Shown: in pieces, positions 49,595 to 57,955 of the stretch
Layout: every line of letters begins with the position of its first letter
Position numbering within the stretch: position 1 is the first letter of the stretch
From: an uncultured Gammaproteobacteria bacterium
GTDB lineage: Bacteria > Patescibacteriota > Microgenomatia > Levybacterales > GWA1-39-11
DNA length: 64,000 nucleotides
Direction: 5' to 3'
Assembly: GCA_964450885.1 (NCBI GenBank)
Contig: CAYVFE010000001.1
Coordinates: forward strand, 502,572 to 566,571
Program-made: the position numbers and the translations under genes
The notes under the pieces: model-generated
Seen by the model: the letters and a program-made list of their open reading frames with translations, nothing else
Databases searched by the model: none
What the model was told of the DNA's origin: nothing

Positions 49595-50005
49595 ATGAAT
49601 ATGTTCAAACCTGTTGCTGCAAAAAACGAAAAAGAATACATAGAATCCATTTCCGAGCCGAGAAAAAGTCAGATATTAAGGCTTGATAAGCTTATAAAAG
49701 ATACACTGCCCAACCTAAAGCCTACATTTGCATACAACATGCTCGGATATGGGATGTTCCACTACAAAACGAAATCAGGAAGTGAAGGAGAGTGGCCGAT
49801 TATCGCTCTTGCATCTCAGAAGAACTATATCTCTCTTTATATATGCGCTACAAAAGATGGAAAGTATCTGGCGGAGGAGAATAAAGAAAAACTGGGAAAG
49901 GTGTCTGTAGGCAAATCATGCATAAGGTTTAAAAAGATTGAGGACTTGAACCTGGACGAGATAAAAAGATTACTAAAAGAAGCTGAAAAATTTCCAGGAC
50001 TTTGA
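49595..50005 (+). CDS. DUF1801 (YdhG-like) family protein.
   Basis: Size and the conserved layout (..KPTFAYNMLGYG.....GEWP.IALASQKNYISLY). Confidence 0.45.
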   Translation: MNMFKPVAAKNEKEYIESISEPRKSQILRLDKLIKDTLPNLKPTFAYNMLGYGMFHYKTKSGSEGEWPIIALASQKNYISLYICATKDGKYLAEENKEKLGKVSVGKSCIRFKKIEDLNLDEIKRLLKEAEKFPGL

Positions 50006-50006
50006 G

Positions 50007-50225
50007 TTGTATTGTCTTAAAAAATATCTTTGCAATTTTTTTGATTTGCATGAGCTTAGTATAATAAAAGTAATGAAATATCCAAGAGGATCAAGTATCG
50101 CAGTAGGGTTAGTCGTAGGGCTTGTTATAGGAATTCTGACAGATAATATTGTTAGTATGCTTTTTCTGGGATTGATGTTTGGTGGAATAGGAGAAGGTCT
50201 TAATAAGCCAAAAAAAGGTAAATAA
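50007..50225 (+). CDS. Small hydrophobic protein (one TM helix), hypothetical. The likely product is shorter, starting at the internal Met.
   Basis: The ORF abuts the upstream gene. Gly-zipper-like TM (GLVVGLVIGIL). Weak support. Confidence 0.25.
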   Translation: MYCLKKYLCNFFDLHELSIIKVMKYPRGSSIAVGLVVGLVIGILTDNIVSMLFLGLMFGGIGEGLNKPKKGK

Positions 50226-50275
50226 TCTCACCGCAGCTTAGAAATACCCGAAAGATCTTGGAGTTAACCGAAGTT

Positions 50276-50668
50276 TTAGAATGCGCCAATGATAAGCCCC
50301 ATTACAGCAAAGACTACTGTGTTATATCCAGCATTTATGAGCCAGAGTTTGAAGGATTTACCCTCAAACATGTAATTGACGCCGAATGCGAGCGAAACCC
50401 ATCCAAGTCCTGCAGCAAGTCCTGCTCCGAGGCCAAAAAGCCAGTCGCCATCATTGCCTATAAATGCAGCAAGATTTACGGCCATAATAATCTCCAGAAC
50501 TAAAGAGCCGACGAGAAGCTTGACTAGGTTTGGAGTTTTGACATCTTTTCCTTCTTTCATCCCAATCTCTTTCTGCCAAGGTTTAATGAAGATGACGGTG
50601 TACCATAAGAATCCTAGAAAGAATGCGGATAATGCGGCAAGAGCGACAGCCAGAAAATTAATCTCCAT
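50276..50668 (-). CDS. DUF1761 family membrane protein.
   Basis: Three or four TM helices with conserved W/F..GxxWY and GLGAGLAAGLGW motifs. Confidence 0.5.
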   Translation of the reverse strand: MEINFLAVALAALSAFFLGFLWYTVIFIKPWQKEIGMKEGKDVKTPNLVKLLVGSLVLEIIMAVNLAAFIGNDGDWLFGLGAGLAAGLGWVSLAFGVNYMFEGKSFKLWLINAGYNTVVFAVMGLIIGAF

Positions 50669-50819
50669 AATTTCTTTATAGTTATAGACTAATAATTTGT
50701 CAAGTGAGAATAAATTTTCATTGGATCCTAAGAATTAAAATCAGGAGTCAATAGAGGAAGTCCAAAGGTGGAAATAATCTGTATTTTAAGTTATTGAAAG
50801 ATTTTTTTGGAGGGAGGTC

Positions 50820-51431
50820 TTATTTTAAAACTTTATACCTAATGTGCGTAACTATACTGGTTCCGCTAACTTCGATAGCTTCAAGATTGAGGTTAGGTAT
50901 TCCATCAAAAAGACGAGTGCCCACACCAATAGTTACGGGAATTATATGTAGCCAAAGCTCATCAATAAGCCCGGCCTTTAAATATTGGTTAACAGTATTT
51001 GCACCTCCCATAATCTTTACATTCCGATTTCCTGCTACTTCTTTTGCTTTTGTAAGTGCTGTTTCAATGCCGTCATTTATAAAAATGAATGTTGTTCCAC
51101 CTTCCATTTCTATCGGTTCTCGCATCGAATGCGAGAGTACGAAAACCGGAGCGTGATACGGGGGATTATTGCCCCACCATCCTTTCCAATCTGGATCGTC
51201 TCTTCTGTCTTTAGGCCCAAACATGTTGCTTCCCATAATAAATGCTCCTGCATCGAGAATAGCGTCTATTTCTTTTTTATGATTGTGCTTTTCGGGCTCT
51301 GCAAACATCCATCTATCTAGTAGATCTGAATCGAAATTGTCTCCAAACGGATTTTCGTAACTTTGATTCAGGCCAGCAGTAAAGCCATCAAGAGACATTG
51401 TCATTCCAGAGGTAACTTTTACTTTGCTCAT
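50820..51431 (-). CDS. Dihydrofolate reductase-like / RibD C-terminal domain family reductase.
   Basis: MSLDGF.A.......F; DELWLHIIPVTIGVGTRLF matches the RibD_C/DHFR-like fold. Confidence 0.6.
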   Translation of the reverse strand: MSKVKVTSGMTMSLDGFTAGLNQSYENPFGDNFDSDLLDRWMFAEPEKHNHKKEIDAILDAGAFIMGSNMFGPKDRRDDPDWKGWWGNNPPYHAPVFVLSHSMREPIEMEGGTTFIFINDGIETALTKAKEVAGNRNVKIMGGANTVNQYLKAGLIDELWLHIIPVTIGVGTRLFDGIPNLNLEAIEVSGTSIVTHIRYKVLK

Positions 51432-51541
51432 ATTGTTATTGTAACAAATTACTCACGAAGCTAAGATGCTACAAAAATAAAAATCAGAAAAATGTAGAAA
51501 TTTGTGAGCCGAATATCCAGAATCTGCCATCCTTAACTAAT

Positions 51542-51550
51542 TGATATAAT
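51542..51550 (+). promoter_or_regulatory. Extended -10 element TGaTATAAT 6 nt upstream of the GH1 ATG; candidate leaderless transcript.
   Basis: taattGATATAATaaaggtATG. Confidence 0.4.
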
Positions 51551-51556
51551 AAAGGT

Positions 51557-52936
51557 ATGAAATGCAAGTTTCCCGACAATTTTGTTTTTGGAGTTGCTGA
51601 TGCAGATCTGCAGGTAATAGGTGAGGGTTTTACTCAAAAATATGAAGGATCTGAGCAAACAATGTGGGATGCTTATGCCAAAAATTCAGGTAAGGTATTT
51701 GAGAATCAAACGCCTGAGATTGGTATTGATAGATACAGCAGATGGAAGGAGGATATAGACATTATGAAGAGTATGGGCATAAAAGATTACCGTACCTCGA
51801 TTTCCATGTCGCGTACTATTCGACGAGACGGAAGTGTAAACGAGAAGTCGATAGAGTGGTATAAAACGTACTTCAAGGCATTAAACGAAGCAGGAATTTC
51901 CATTTCGGCGACCCTATATCACTGGGAGCTTCCATATTATCTCGAGGAAGATGGAGGGTGGCTTAATAAAGAAACGATTCAGTGGTTTCTCAAGCATGTA
52001 AAGGCCGTTGCAGAAAGCTTAGGAGAATATATTGATGAGTACTTTATTCTTAACGAGCCTTGGTGCAGCTCAATACTTTCTTACCATATGGGAATACATG
52101 CTCCGGGCAAGAGAAATTTATCGGAGGCGTTACAAGCGGCTCACAATCTTTTACTTGCACAAGGATTAGCATATGAAGTGCTCCGTAAAATAAATCCAAA
52201 TGCGAGGATTAGCACGGTATACAATGTATCACCATCTTATCCTGCTACGAATAATGAAGAAGATAGGAAAGCAGCAAAAAATTATGATGGATACTTTAAT
52301 CGTTGGTTTTTAGATCCGCTTTTTCTTGGTAAATATCCTCAGGACATGATAGATCTCTACAAAGATCATGTTCCCTCTTTTACAGAAGCAGATATGGAAA
52401 CTATAAATATCGGAAAAAAGCTCCATGCTTTAGGTATAAATTACTATAATGGTAGCATTGTAAAATACAGCGACGATAACGAGCTTCATTTTGAATATTC
52501 TGGTAATGAGGAGGGTGAAAAAAATGACCTAAATTGGCCGATATATTTACCTCCCCATTATCCAGAAGGACTTTTTGACATCCTTGAAAGAGTTTACTCG
52601 TTGTACAAAGATTTTGGACTCAAAAGAATATACGTTACAGAAAACGGTATCGCTCTGAATACCCCCTGGGATGGTAAGACGGAAATTGTTGACGACGAAA
52701 AGCGAATTTGGTTTTTGAAAGGACATATACTACAAGTCTATAAAGCAATTGAAAAAAAAATACCAGTTGAGAAATATTTTGAATGGACATTGATGGACAA
52801 TTATGAGTGGGCGGAAGGTTATCGGCCCCAATCTTGCTTCGGACTCATACATGTTGAAAGACCCTCGCTGCAAAGGATTTGGAAGAAAAGTGCGTATTGG
52901 TATAAGAACCTAATAAGCACTAACACGCTTGAGTAG
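51557..52936 (+). CDS. Glycoside hydrolase family 1 beta-glucosidase / 6-phospho-beta-glucosidase.
   Basis: FPDNFVFGVADADLQVIGEG (N-terminal GH1 signature), LNEPW (acid/base), YVTENGIA (nucleophile). Confidence 0.85.
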   Translation: MKCKFPDNFVFGVADADLQVIGEGFTQKYEGSEQTMWDAYAKNSGKVFENQTPEIGIDRYSRWKEDIDIMKSMGIKDYRTSISMSRTIRRDGSVNEKSIEWYKTYFKALNEAGISISATLYHWELPYYLEEDGGWLNKETIQWFLKHVKAVAESLGEYIDEYFILNEPWCSSILSYHMGIHAPGKRNLSEALQAAHNLLLAQGLAYEVLRKINPNARISTVYNVSPSYPATNNEEDRKAAKNYDGYFNRWFLDPLFLGKYPQDMIDLYKDHVPSFTEADMETINIGKKLHALGINYYNGSIVKYSDDNELHFEYSGNEEGEKNDLNWPIYLPPHYPEGLFDILERVYSLYKDFGLKRIYVTENGIALNTPWDGKTEIVDDEKRIWFLKGHILQVYKAIEKKIPVEKYFEWTLMDNYEWAEGYRPQSCFGLIHVERPSLQRIWKKSAYWYKNLISTNTLE

Positions 52937-53027
52937 ATTCATGTCTTAGTTCTCTCAGAATTTAGAATATTAAGGGGGGGTAGACTTCAAGCTAAATGAG
53001 AATATAAAAAGACTAAAGAGCTTGTTG

Positions 53028-53100
53028 TGAGCCGACTGGGACTCGAACCCAGAACCAAAAGCTTAAAAGGCTTTTGCTCTGCCAATTGAGCTATCGGCCC
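53028..53100 (-). tRNA. tRNA-Lys (TTT).
   Basis: Reverse complement folds: acceptor GGGCCGA/TCGGCTC, D-arm GCTC..GAGC, anticodon stem AAAGC/GCTTT with loop CTTTTAA, T-arm CTGGG-TTCGAGT-CCCAG, discriminator A. CCA is not encoded. Confidence 0.8.
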
Positions 53101-53126
53101 TACGTCGGATGCAGGATACCGCTTTC

Positions 53127-53144
53127 GATTCGATAAATCGAATC
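53127..53144. repeat. Perfect 8-2-8 palindrome GATTCGAT-AA-ATCGAATC about 27 bp upstream of tRNA-Lys.
   Basis: Read directly: tttcGATTCGATaaATCGAATCttc. Confidence 0.6.
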
Positions 53145-53288
53145 TTCAGCCTTTATCCTCATCCTCCTTATTTCGAAAATCAAAAGATTTTCGACAGGAA
53201 TCCTCTTCTCAAAATGCTAAATGCATTTTGTTCTAAGTGACGAGGCCTTAATTTTATCAAAATTAGCTCCATCGCGCAATGAACTCAT

Positions 53289-53346
53289 TTGACAAAGGAG
53301 CTGATATCTTTAATACTGTTAGTTAGTATTAAATGAGAGGAGGTGA
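53289..53346 (+). promoter_or_regulatory. Promoter-like TTGACA, 17 nt spacer, AATACT, followed by a strong Shine-Dalgarno GGAGGTGA 5 nt before the ATG at 53352.
   Basis: cattTGACAaaggagctgatatctttAATACT ... gaGGAGGTGAgtgatATG. Confidence 0.45.
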
Positions 53347-53351
53347 GTGAT

Positions 53352-54011
53352 ATGCAAAATATTAACGACACTTTAATAAACACGGTAAATAGTAGCATGG
53401 CGACAATAGTTAGCTTTGCTCCAAAATTCATCTTAGGACTCATATTTCTAGTTATCGGTGTAATAATTGCAGCTTTCCTAAAGCAGGTATTGAAGGAGTT
53501 ATTTAGATTCTTCAAGCTGGATGCGTATCTGGCAAAGTATGGTGTGCCTGAGACAAAAGAGGGTACACAATGGAGTTCTATAATTGCGGAAATCGTTAGG
53601 TGGTTTGTGATAATCGCGTTTCTGATCCCGACAGCTGATGTGTGGGGACTCGGACGCTTCGCGTCGGTTCTGGATGGACTTCTTTCGTACCTACCTAATG
53701 TATTCGTAGCAGTACTACTTCTTTTGGTAGGATTTGTAGTAGCACGACTTGTCTATGATTTGGTGCTTGCGTCAGTTCATGGCGTTTCAAAAGAATCAGC
53801 AAAGTCAGTTGCGCTAATCGCACGATATTCGGTCCTGGTATTCGTATTTTTGGTGGTATTGAATCAGCTTGGTATAGCAAGCGATTTGATAAGGATACTA
53901 TTTAGTGGAATCGTCGCGATGCTAGCTATCGCTGGAGGACTTGCCTTCGGACTTGGTGGTAAAGATGCGGCAAAAGAGACTATAGATAAGCTACGTAAAA
54001 GACTTAAGTAG
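53352..54011 (+). CDS. Membrane protein with two internally duplicated helix-pair repeats (conserved-TM-helix / MscS-N-terminal-like).
   Basis: Two similar halves (ILGLIFLVIGVIIAAFLKQVL... and LVGFVVARLVYDLVLASV...). Strong SD. I take the ATG at 53352; the track starts at GTG 53343. Confidence 0.5.
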   Translation: MQNINDTLINTVNSSMATIVSFAPKFILGLIFLVIGVIIAAFLKQVLKELFRFFKLDAYLAKYGVPETKEGTQWSSIIAEIVRWFVIIAFLIPTADVWGLGRFASVLDGLLSYLPNVFVAVLLLLVGFVVARLVYDLVLASVHGVSKESAKSVALIARYSVLVFVFLVVLNQLGIASDLIRILFSGIVAMLAIAGGLAFGLGGKDAAKETIDKLRKRLK

Positions 54012-54022
54012 AAATCACAGGA

Positions 54023-54061
54023 AACACGCCTCGAGGTATTTGGGGTGTGTTTTCTTGTTTT
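54023..54061 (+). terminator. Rho-independent terminator candidate.
   Basis: AACACGCC-(13 nt loop)-GGTGTGTT stem (8 bp with one G-T) followed by TTCTTGTTTT, just after the stop at 54011. Confidence 0.45.
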
Positions 54062-54097
54062 GAGGCTTCATTTCTTATATAATTGGTAAGCACTTAG

Positions 54098-54171
54098 GGC
54101 CCCATCGTCTAGCGGCCTAGGACGTCGGGCTTTCATCCCGAAAATCGCGGGTTCGATTCCCGCTGGGGTCA
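54098..54171 (+). tRNA. tRNA-Glu (TTC).
   Basis: Acceptor GGCCCCA/TGGGGTC, D-stem GTCT/GGAC, anticodon stem TCGGG/CCCGA with loop CTTTCAT, T-arm GCGGG-TTCGATT-CCCGC, discriminator A. Confidence 0.8.
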
Positions 54172-54183
54172 CAAGAAAAATAA

Positions 54184-54495
54184 TTACTTTCTAATAAAGG
54201 ATTTTATCTTGGCTTTCAAATCAGAAAATCGCGCTTTGGCTCTAGCATCTCGCATATTATCGTTCAACTCTCTCATCATTTCTGACCGCAACCTTCCTCC
54301 TGCAGCATGATCGGGTGTTTGAATTGTACTTTTCAAAAAATCAACATCTTCAATTGATAAATTAAGTACTGGCTGGCTAGGCAATGTATCCGCATCCGGG
54401 AATTGGGAAAGCATTTCTCCCATAAGAATTCCCATTCGTGATTGATGAAACTCGCCCAATTCTTTAAAAGAACCATCTTCTCTTTTTTCCTGCAA
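54184..54495 (-). CDS. Hypothetical protein (103 aa).
   Basis: ORF only; no family recognised. Confidence 0.3.
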   Translation of the reverse strand: MQEKREDGSFKELGEFHQSRMGILMGEMLSQFPDADTLPSQPVLNLSIEDVDFLKSTIQTPDHAAGGRLRSEMMRELNDNMRDARAKARFSDLKAKIKSFIRK

Positions 54496-54675
54496 TTTCT
54501 TGCTTATATATAGGCGCGAGCGATTCTGCTAGATAAGAAAAAAGCGGTGGCCTTAATGAAATAGGATATTTTACTTCAGGGGTGGGTGATTGTTCCGGGA
54601 ACTGTGAATGCTCCGATTTTTCCATGATGGATTAGATTCCATGTAACGCAAAGCATAACTCAAGTGAAGAAAGTT

Positions 54676-54942
54676 TTATTTTGCGTTGGCGCTAGCTTGC
54701 TCTATTTGTTCTTTCCTCTTTTTTGCGTAGATCTCATTTTTCATCTTGAGCTCTTCTTTCTTACGGATGTCCTCTGCTAGATTTTCCTCAAATTCTTTCT
54801 GACACTGTTTGTCAGAGCAGACTATCTGAGAGTGGATGAGTTTTGACTTCCCGATTCTTGTTTCTATAACCTCGACCCAGGTCTTTGCAACCTTTTCAGG
54901 TTTTTTACATCTAACGCATAGTGAAGATATTGTGCTTTTCAT
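54676..54942 (-). CDS. Small Cys4 zinc-ribbon protein with a Lys/Glu-rich tail.
   Basis: CVRC...(25 aa)...CSDKQC; charged helical C-terminus. Confidence 0.35.
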   Translation of the reverse strand: MKSTISSLCVRCKKPEKVAKTWVEVIETRIGKSKLIHSQIVCSDKQCQKEFEENLAEDIRKKEELKMKNEIYAKKRKEQIEQASANAK

Positions 54943-55107
54943 ATTAGGTGTGCTTCGGAGTAGTATTGGAGTTATATTACTATTTCGAATTCAATAACTA
55001 TTCTAGCACATTTTACTAAAATAAGCAATTATCGCAAAGAGAATAGGCTCAAAATTTATAGGAAAGTCAGTCTACCTATATCATAAAACTATATTACTAA
55101 TACCTAT

Positions 55108-55136
55108 TGACACTAATTATCCTATAAGATATAATT
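55108..55136 (+). promoter_or_regulatory. Consensus sigma70 promoter: -35 TTGACA, 17 nt spacer, -10 TATAAT, about 30 nt upstream of the GT2 synthase ATG.
   Basis: ctaTTGACActaattatcctataagaTATAATtccc. Confidence 0.6.
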
Positions 55137-55147
55137 CCCAAGTTCCT

Positions 55148-55165
55148 AATCCATTTGGATTTTTT
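55148..55165 (+). promoter_or_regulatory. Small AT-rich hairpin (AATCCA-tt-TGGATT) plus a T5 run immediately before the start codon, in the predicted 5-prime UTR.
   Basis: cctAATCCAttTGGATTttttATG. Confidence 0.3.
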
Positions 55166-56734
55166 ATGAATAATTTATACAATACAGTCCCTCACACGGG
55201 GACACTAAATAGCGAGATACTCGTTACACCAAAAAGGTGGACAGAGTATAAGAGCGAAGTAAAGCGCACTTCTAAGAAGAAAAAGGGTATCCGATCCGTA
55301 AAGATAGTTGGCGGTAGATATTACGTTGCGAATTCAAGCTATAGAGAAAGGCTCGCAAGACTACTGGTCATAATTCCTGCACACAATGAGGAAGATACGA
55401 TAGCAGATACTCTTTCCCACATTCTCAACCAGACTCGAAGACCTGACAGGATAGTTGTTTCGGCTGATAACTGTACAGATAAGACAGCAACTGTCGTCAG
55501 AAAGATTGCTAGAAAGAATCCAATAGTAAAACTTCATATTACGAAAGATAATAAGCAGCGCAAGGTGGGAGCGCTAAATCAAGCATGGCTTTTGTATTCA
55601 AAAGGCTTTGACATAGTCGCCTGTATCGACGCAGATACAGTGATTTGGCAAGGAGTGCTGGAAGAACTTGAGGAAGAATTACTTCCGAGGACGAGATGTG
55701 CAGGCATCATGGCAAAATACACATTTGATCAGGACTGGATCCCACCTCAAATCCGTACCAGCAAAGAACCTGTTCGTGGGGCAGAAAACGAAGTAAAAAA
55801 GGTAACTAAACTACCTTGGAAGACGAGGCAATTAGTCCGTGCACAGCGCCTGGAGTTCACTTCATGGAATTTGGATCAACTACGTCGCGGCCGAACTACA
55901 TATGTTCTAGGAGGTCAGGCTACTATGTTCAGGCAAGCAGCACTGATGCTTGCAGCTACACGTAACAATGGATATGGGCCTTGGAATTCTGATACGGATG
56001 TTGAGGACATGGAGCTTACCTGGAGATTTCAAGATCTTCAGCTTGAGACGCTTATAAGCTCTACTGCTCGTGCTGATGCAGGCGCAATGTACAATCTTAA
56101 ATCACTATGGGCACAAAGACGCAAATGGGATGAGGGAATGATTCGTCTATTATTGCGTTATAAATTGAGAAATCAGACAGTTTTTCCTATCATGCAACAG
56201 CTTAAGATGGGACTTGATCTACTCGTGCGCGTGATGTTTATACTTATGCTTACGGCATCTATTGTATTGCACTCATTCGTATGGTCATGGATTTGGCTTC
56301 TTCCACCAGCTCTTGCTATTCTGATCAACCTCAAGGTGGCATCCAAAGCGCCTAGGGCAAAATTTGGAGACTATATCTTTGCTCTTTTGTATTTCCCCGC
56401 AGAGTTATATCTATGGTTCAGGTTGGCTTCATTTACAGCAAGCTGGGGAACTGCTTTGATAAAAGCACCAACCAGCACTCATGACAATTGGGCTAGGCAG
56501 GCACAGGCTGAGCGTGGAGACGGAGGAGCAAATGCCAGCGCCATAATCCTGGGTGGACTTTTGGTGCTTGTTATCGGTATGGTAGTCAGTCTCAGTCTTA
56601 TGCCTAGAAATCTAGCAGATACTGTCGTAGCATTCGGATGGGTATTTTTGAGTGTCCTTACTGTAACCCTTAGCGTAATCATGGCAGGAAAACTATTGGT
56701 AATGCTTTTGCGTGACGGAAGATATAGCGCCTAG
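55166..56734 (+). CDS. Processive membrane GT2 glycosyltransferase (cellulose/chitin/PNAG-synthase-like, NodC/PgaC/BcsA-type architecture).
   Basis: LVIIPAHNEEDTI, DADT, and a Q(R/Q)xRW-type motif WAQRRKW, followed by four C-terminal TM helices. No PilZ domain. Confidence 0.7.
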   Translation: MNNLYNTVPHTGTLNSEILVTPKRWTEYKSEVKRTSKKKKGIRSVKIVGGRYYVANSSYRERLARLLVIIPAHNEEDTIADTLSHILNQTRRPDRIVVSADNCTDKTATVVRKIARKNPIVKLHITKDNKQRKVGALNQAWLLYSKGFDIVACIDADTVIWQGVLEELEEELLPRTRCAGIMAKYTFDQDWIPPQIRTSKEPVRGAENEVKKVTKLPWKTRQLVRAQRLEFTSWNLDQLRRGRTTYVLGGQATMFRQAALMLAATRNNGYGPWNSDTDVEDMELTWRFQDLQLETLISSTARADAGAMYNLKSLWAQRRKWDEGMIRLLLRYKLRNQTVFPIMQQLKMGLDLLVRVMFILMLTASIVLHSFVWSWIWLLPPALAILINLKVASKAPRAKFGDYIFALLYFPAELYLWFRLASFTASWGTALIKAPTSTHDNWARQAQAERGDGGANASAIILGGLLVLVIGMVVSLSLMPRNLADTVVAFGWVFLSVLTVTLSVIMAGKLLVMLLRDGRYSA

Positions 56735-57682
56735 CTAAAATACCCTCAGTATTTCTCTGGCCTCATCTATAGAGCTTGTTTCCATCAATTTTTCCCTTAG
56801 TTCTGACGCTCCGTCAAAACCATTCACGTAGATTTTAAAGTAGCGTTTTAATGGGGGAAAACTCTTTTCGCTTCCCCACGTTTTTTCAAATAAATCCAGG
56901 TGCTTATTTAAAAGACCGACCTTTTCGTCTCTGGAAAGATCATGGAAAGATAGCTTGCCGCTAAATGCATAAGGATCATGGAATATACCACGCCCTATCA
57001 TGATTCCGTCCAGTCCGGTTTCTTTTACCTTTAGATTTGCCTCCGAGACGTTTTCTATATCACCATTTCCGATGAGTATGGTATCGGGTGCTATCTTATT
57101 TTTTAACTCAACTACCTGGTTGACGATTTCCCAATGGGCGGGGACTTTGGACATCTCTTTTACTGTCCGAAGATGGACAGTGAGTGCTTTTATGTCTTGT
57201 TTTAAAAGATATTCTAACCAGTCCAGTTCGATTCCAGTAGTTCCCAGTCGCGTTTTGACACTTACAGGTAGACTCCCTGCGCCTTTTTTGGTCTCTTCGA
57301 TAATTTCTGCTGCAATTTCAGGTCGTCTTATGAGGCCTGCACATGAGCCCTTTTTTACTATATTACGTTCTGGGCATCCCATATTTATATCGATGCCATC
57401 AAAGCCCATATTTACGATCAGCTCGGCCGCTTTTGCAAAATAATTCGGATCAGCTCCCCATATCTGAGCAATTATAGGTTTTTCATTGCTTTCGAATCTA
57501 AGGCGTTGTGCAACTTGCTTATTTCCTGCAGAAAGGAGTCCCTGGACATTTGTGAACTCTGTAAAAAAGATGTCGGGTCGGGCGCAATCCAGAACGATTT
57601 GCCTAAACACGGTATCAGTTGCGCCTTCCATTGGCGCTAAAATAAAAATTGGCTTGTCAATTTTTTCCCAGCTAAATTTCAT
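56735..57682 (-). CDS. tRNA-dihydrouridine synthase.
   Basis: ILAPMEGATDTVFRQI...TIM barrel with catalytic Cys (GCPERN). Confidence 0.9.
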   Translation of the reverse strand: MKFSWEKIDKPIFILAPMEGATDTVFRQIVLDCARPDIFFTEFTNVQGLLSAGNKQVAQRLRFESNEKPIIAQIWGADPNYFAKAAELIVNMGFDGIDINMGCPERNIVKKGSCAGLIRRPEIAAEIIEETKKGAGSLPVSVKTRLGTTGIELDWLEYLLKQDIKALTVHLRTVKEMSKVPAHWEIVNQVVELKNKIAPDTILIGNGDIENVSEANLKVKETGLDGIMIGRGIFHDPYAFSGKLSFHDLSRDEKVGLLNKHLDLFEKTWGSEKSFPPLKRYFKIYVNGFDGASELREKLMETSSIDEAREILRVF

Positions 57683-57709
57683 CTAAGTATTATATATGAT
57701 AAGTGCTTC

Positions 57710-57913
57710 TTGACAAATTATTTTAAATGGTGCTACGCTCTTATTATGGATAAGAGATACATGGCTGCAATACTTGTTTCAGTAGGATTCATTATCTATT
57801 TCTTCCCTCAATTTTCTGAGATCACAAAAGACAACAGAGAAATCACAGGCGCCATTTTTGCCATAGGTGGTGCTATCCTTTGGTATCTCCCCACAAACAG
57901 AAAGAAGAAATAA
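57710..57913 (+). CDS. Small two-TM hypothetical membrane protein.
   Basis: ORF with two hydrophobic helices; weak support. Confidence 0.25.
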   Translation: MTNYFKWCYALIMDKRYMAAILVSVGFIIYFFPQFSEITKDNREITGAIFAIGGAILWYLPTNRKKK

Positions 57914-57955
57914 TCCCCATCATTTGACTTTAAATCTCTATTTAGTATTATGTAA

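Noticed and set aside
54975-55099. Direct repeat TATATTACTA occurring twice about 115 bp apart upstream of the GT2 synthase.
   Set aside because: A 10-mer of pure A/T in an AT-rich intergenic region is likely to occur by chance. It has no flanking symmetry.
55166-56734. A PilZ c-di-GMP-binding domain at the C-terminus of the GT2 synthase, which would link it to the GGDEF gene.
   Set aside because: The C-terminal ~120 aa are TM helices plus a short tail, with no RxxxR...D/NxSxxG signature. A PilZ domain is not supported.
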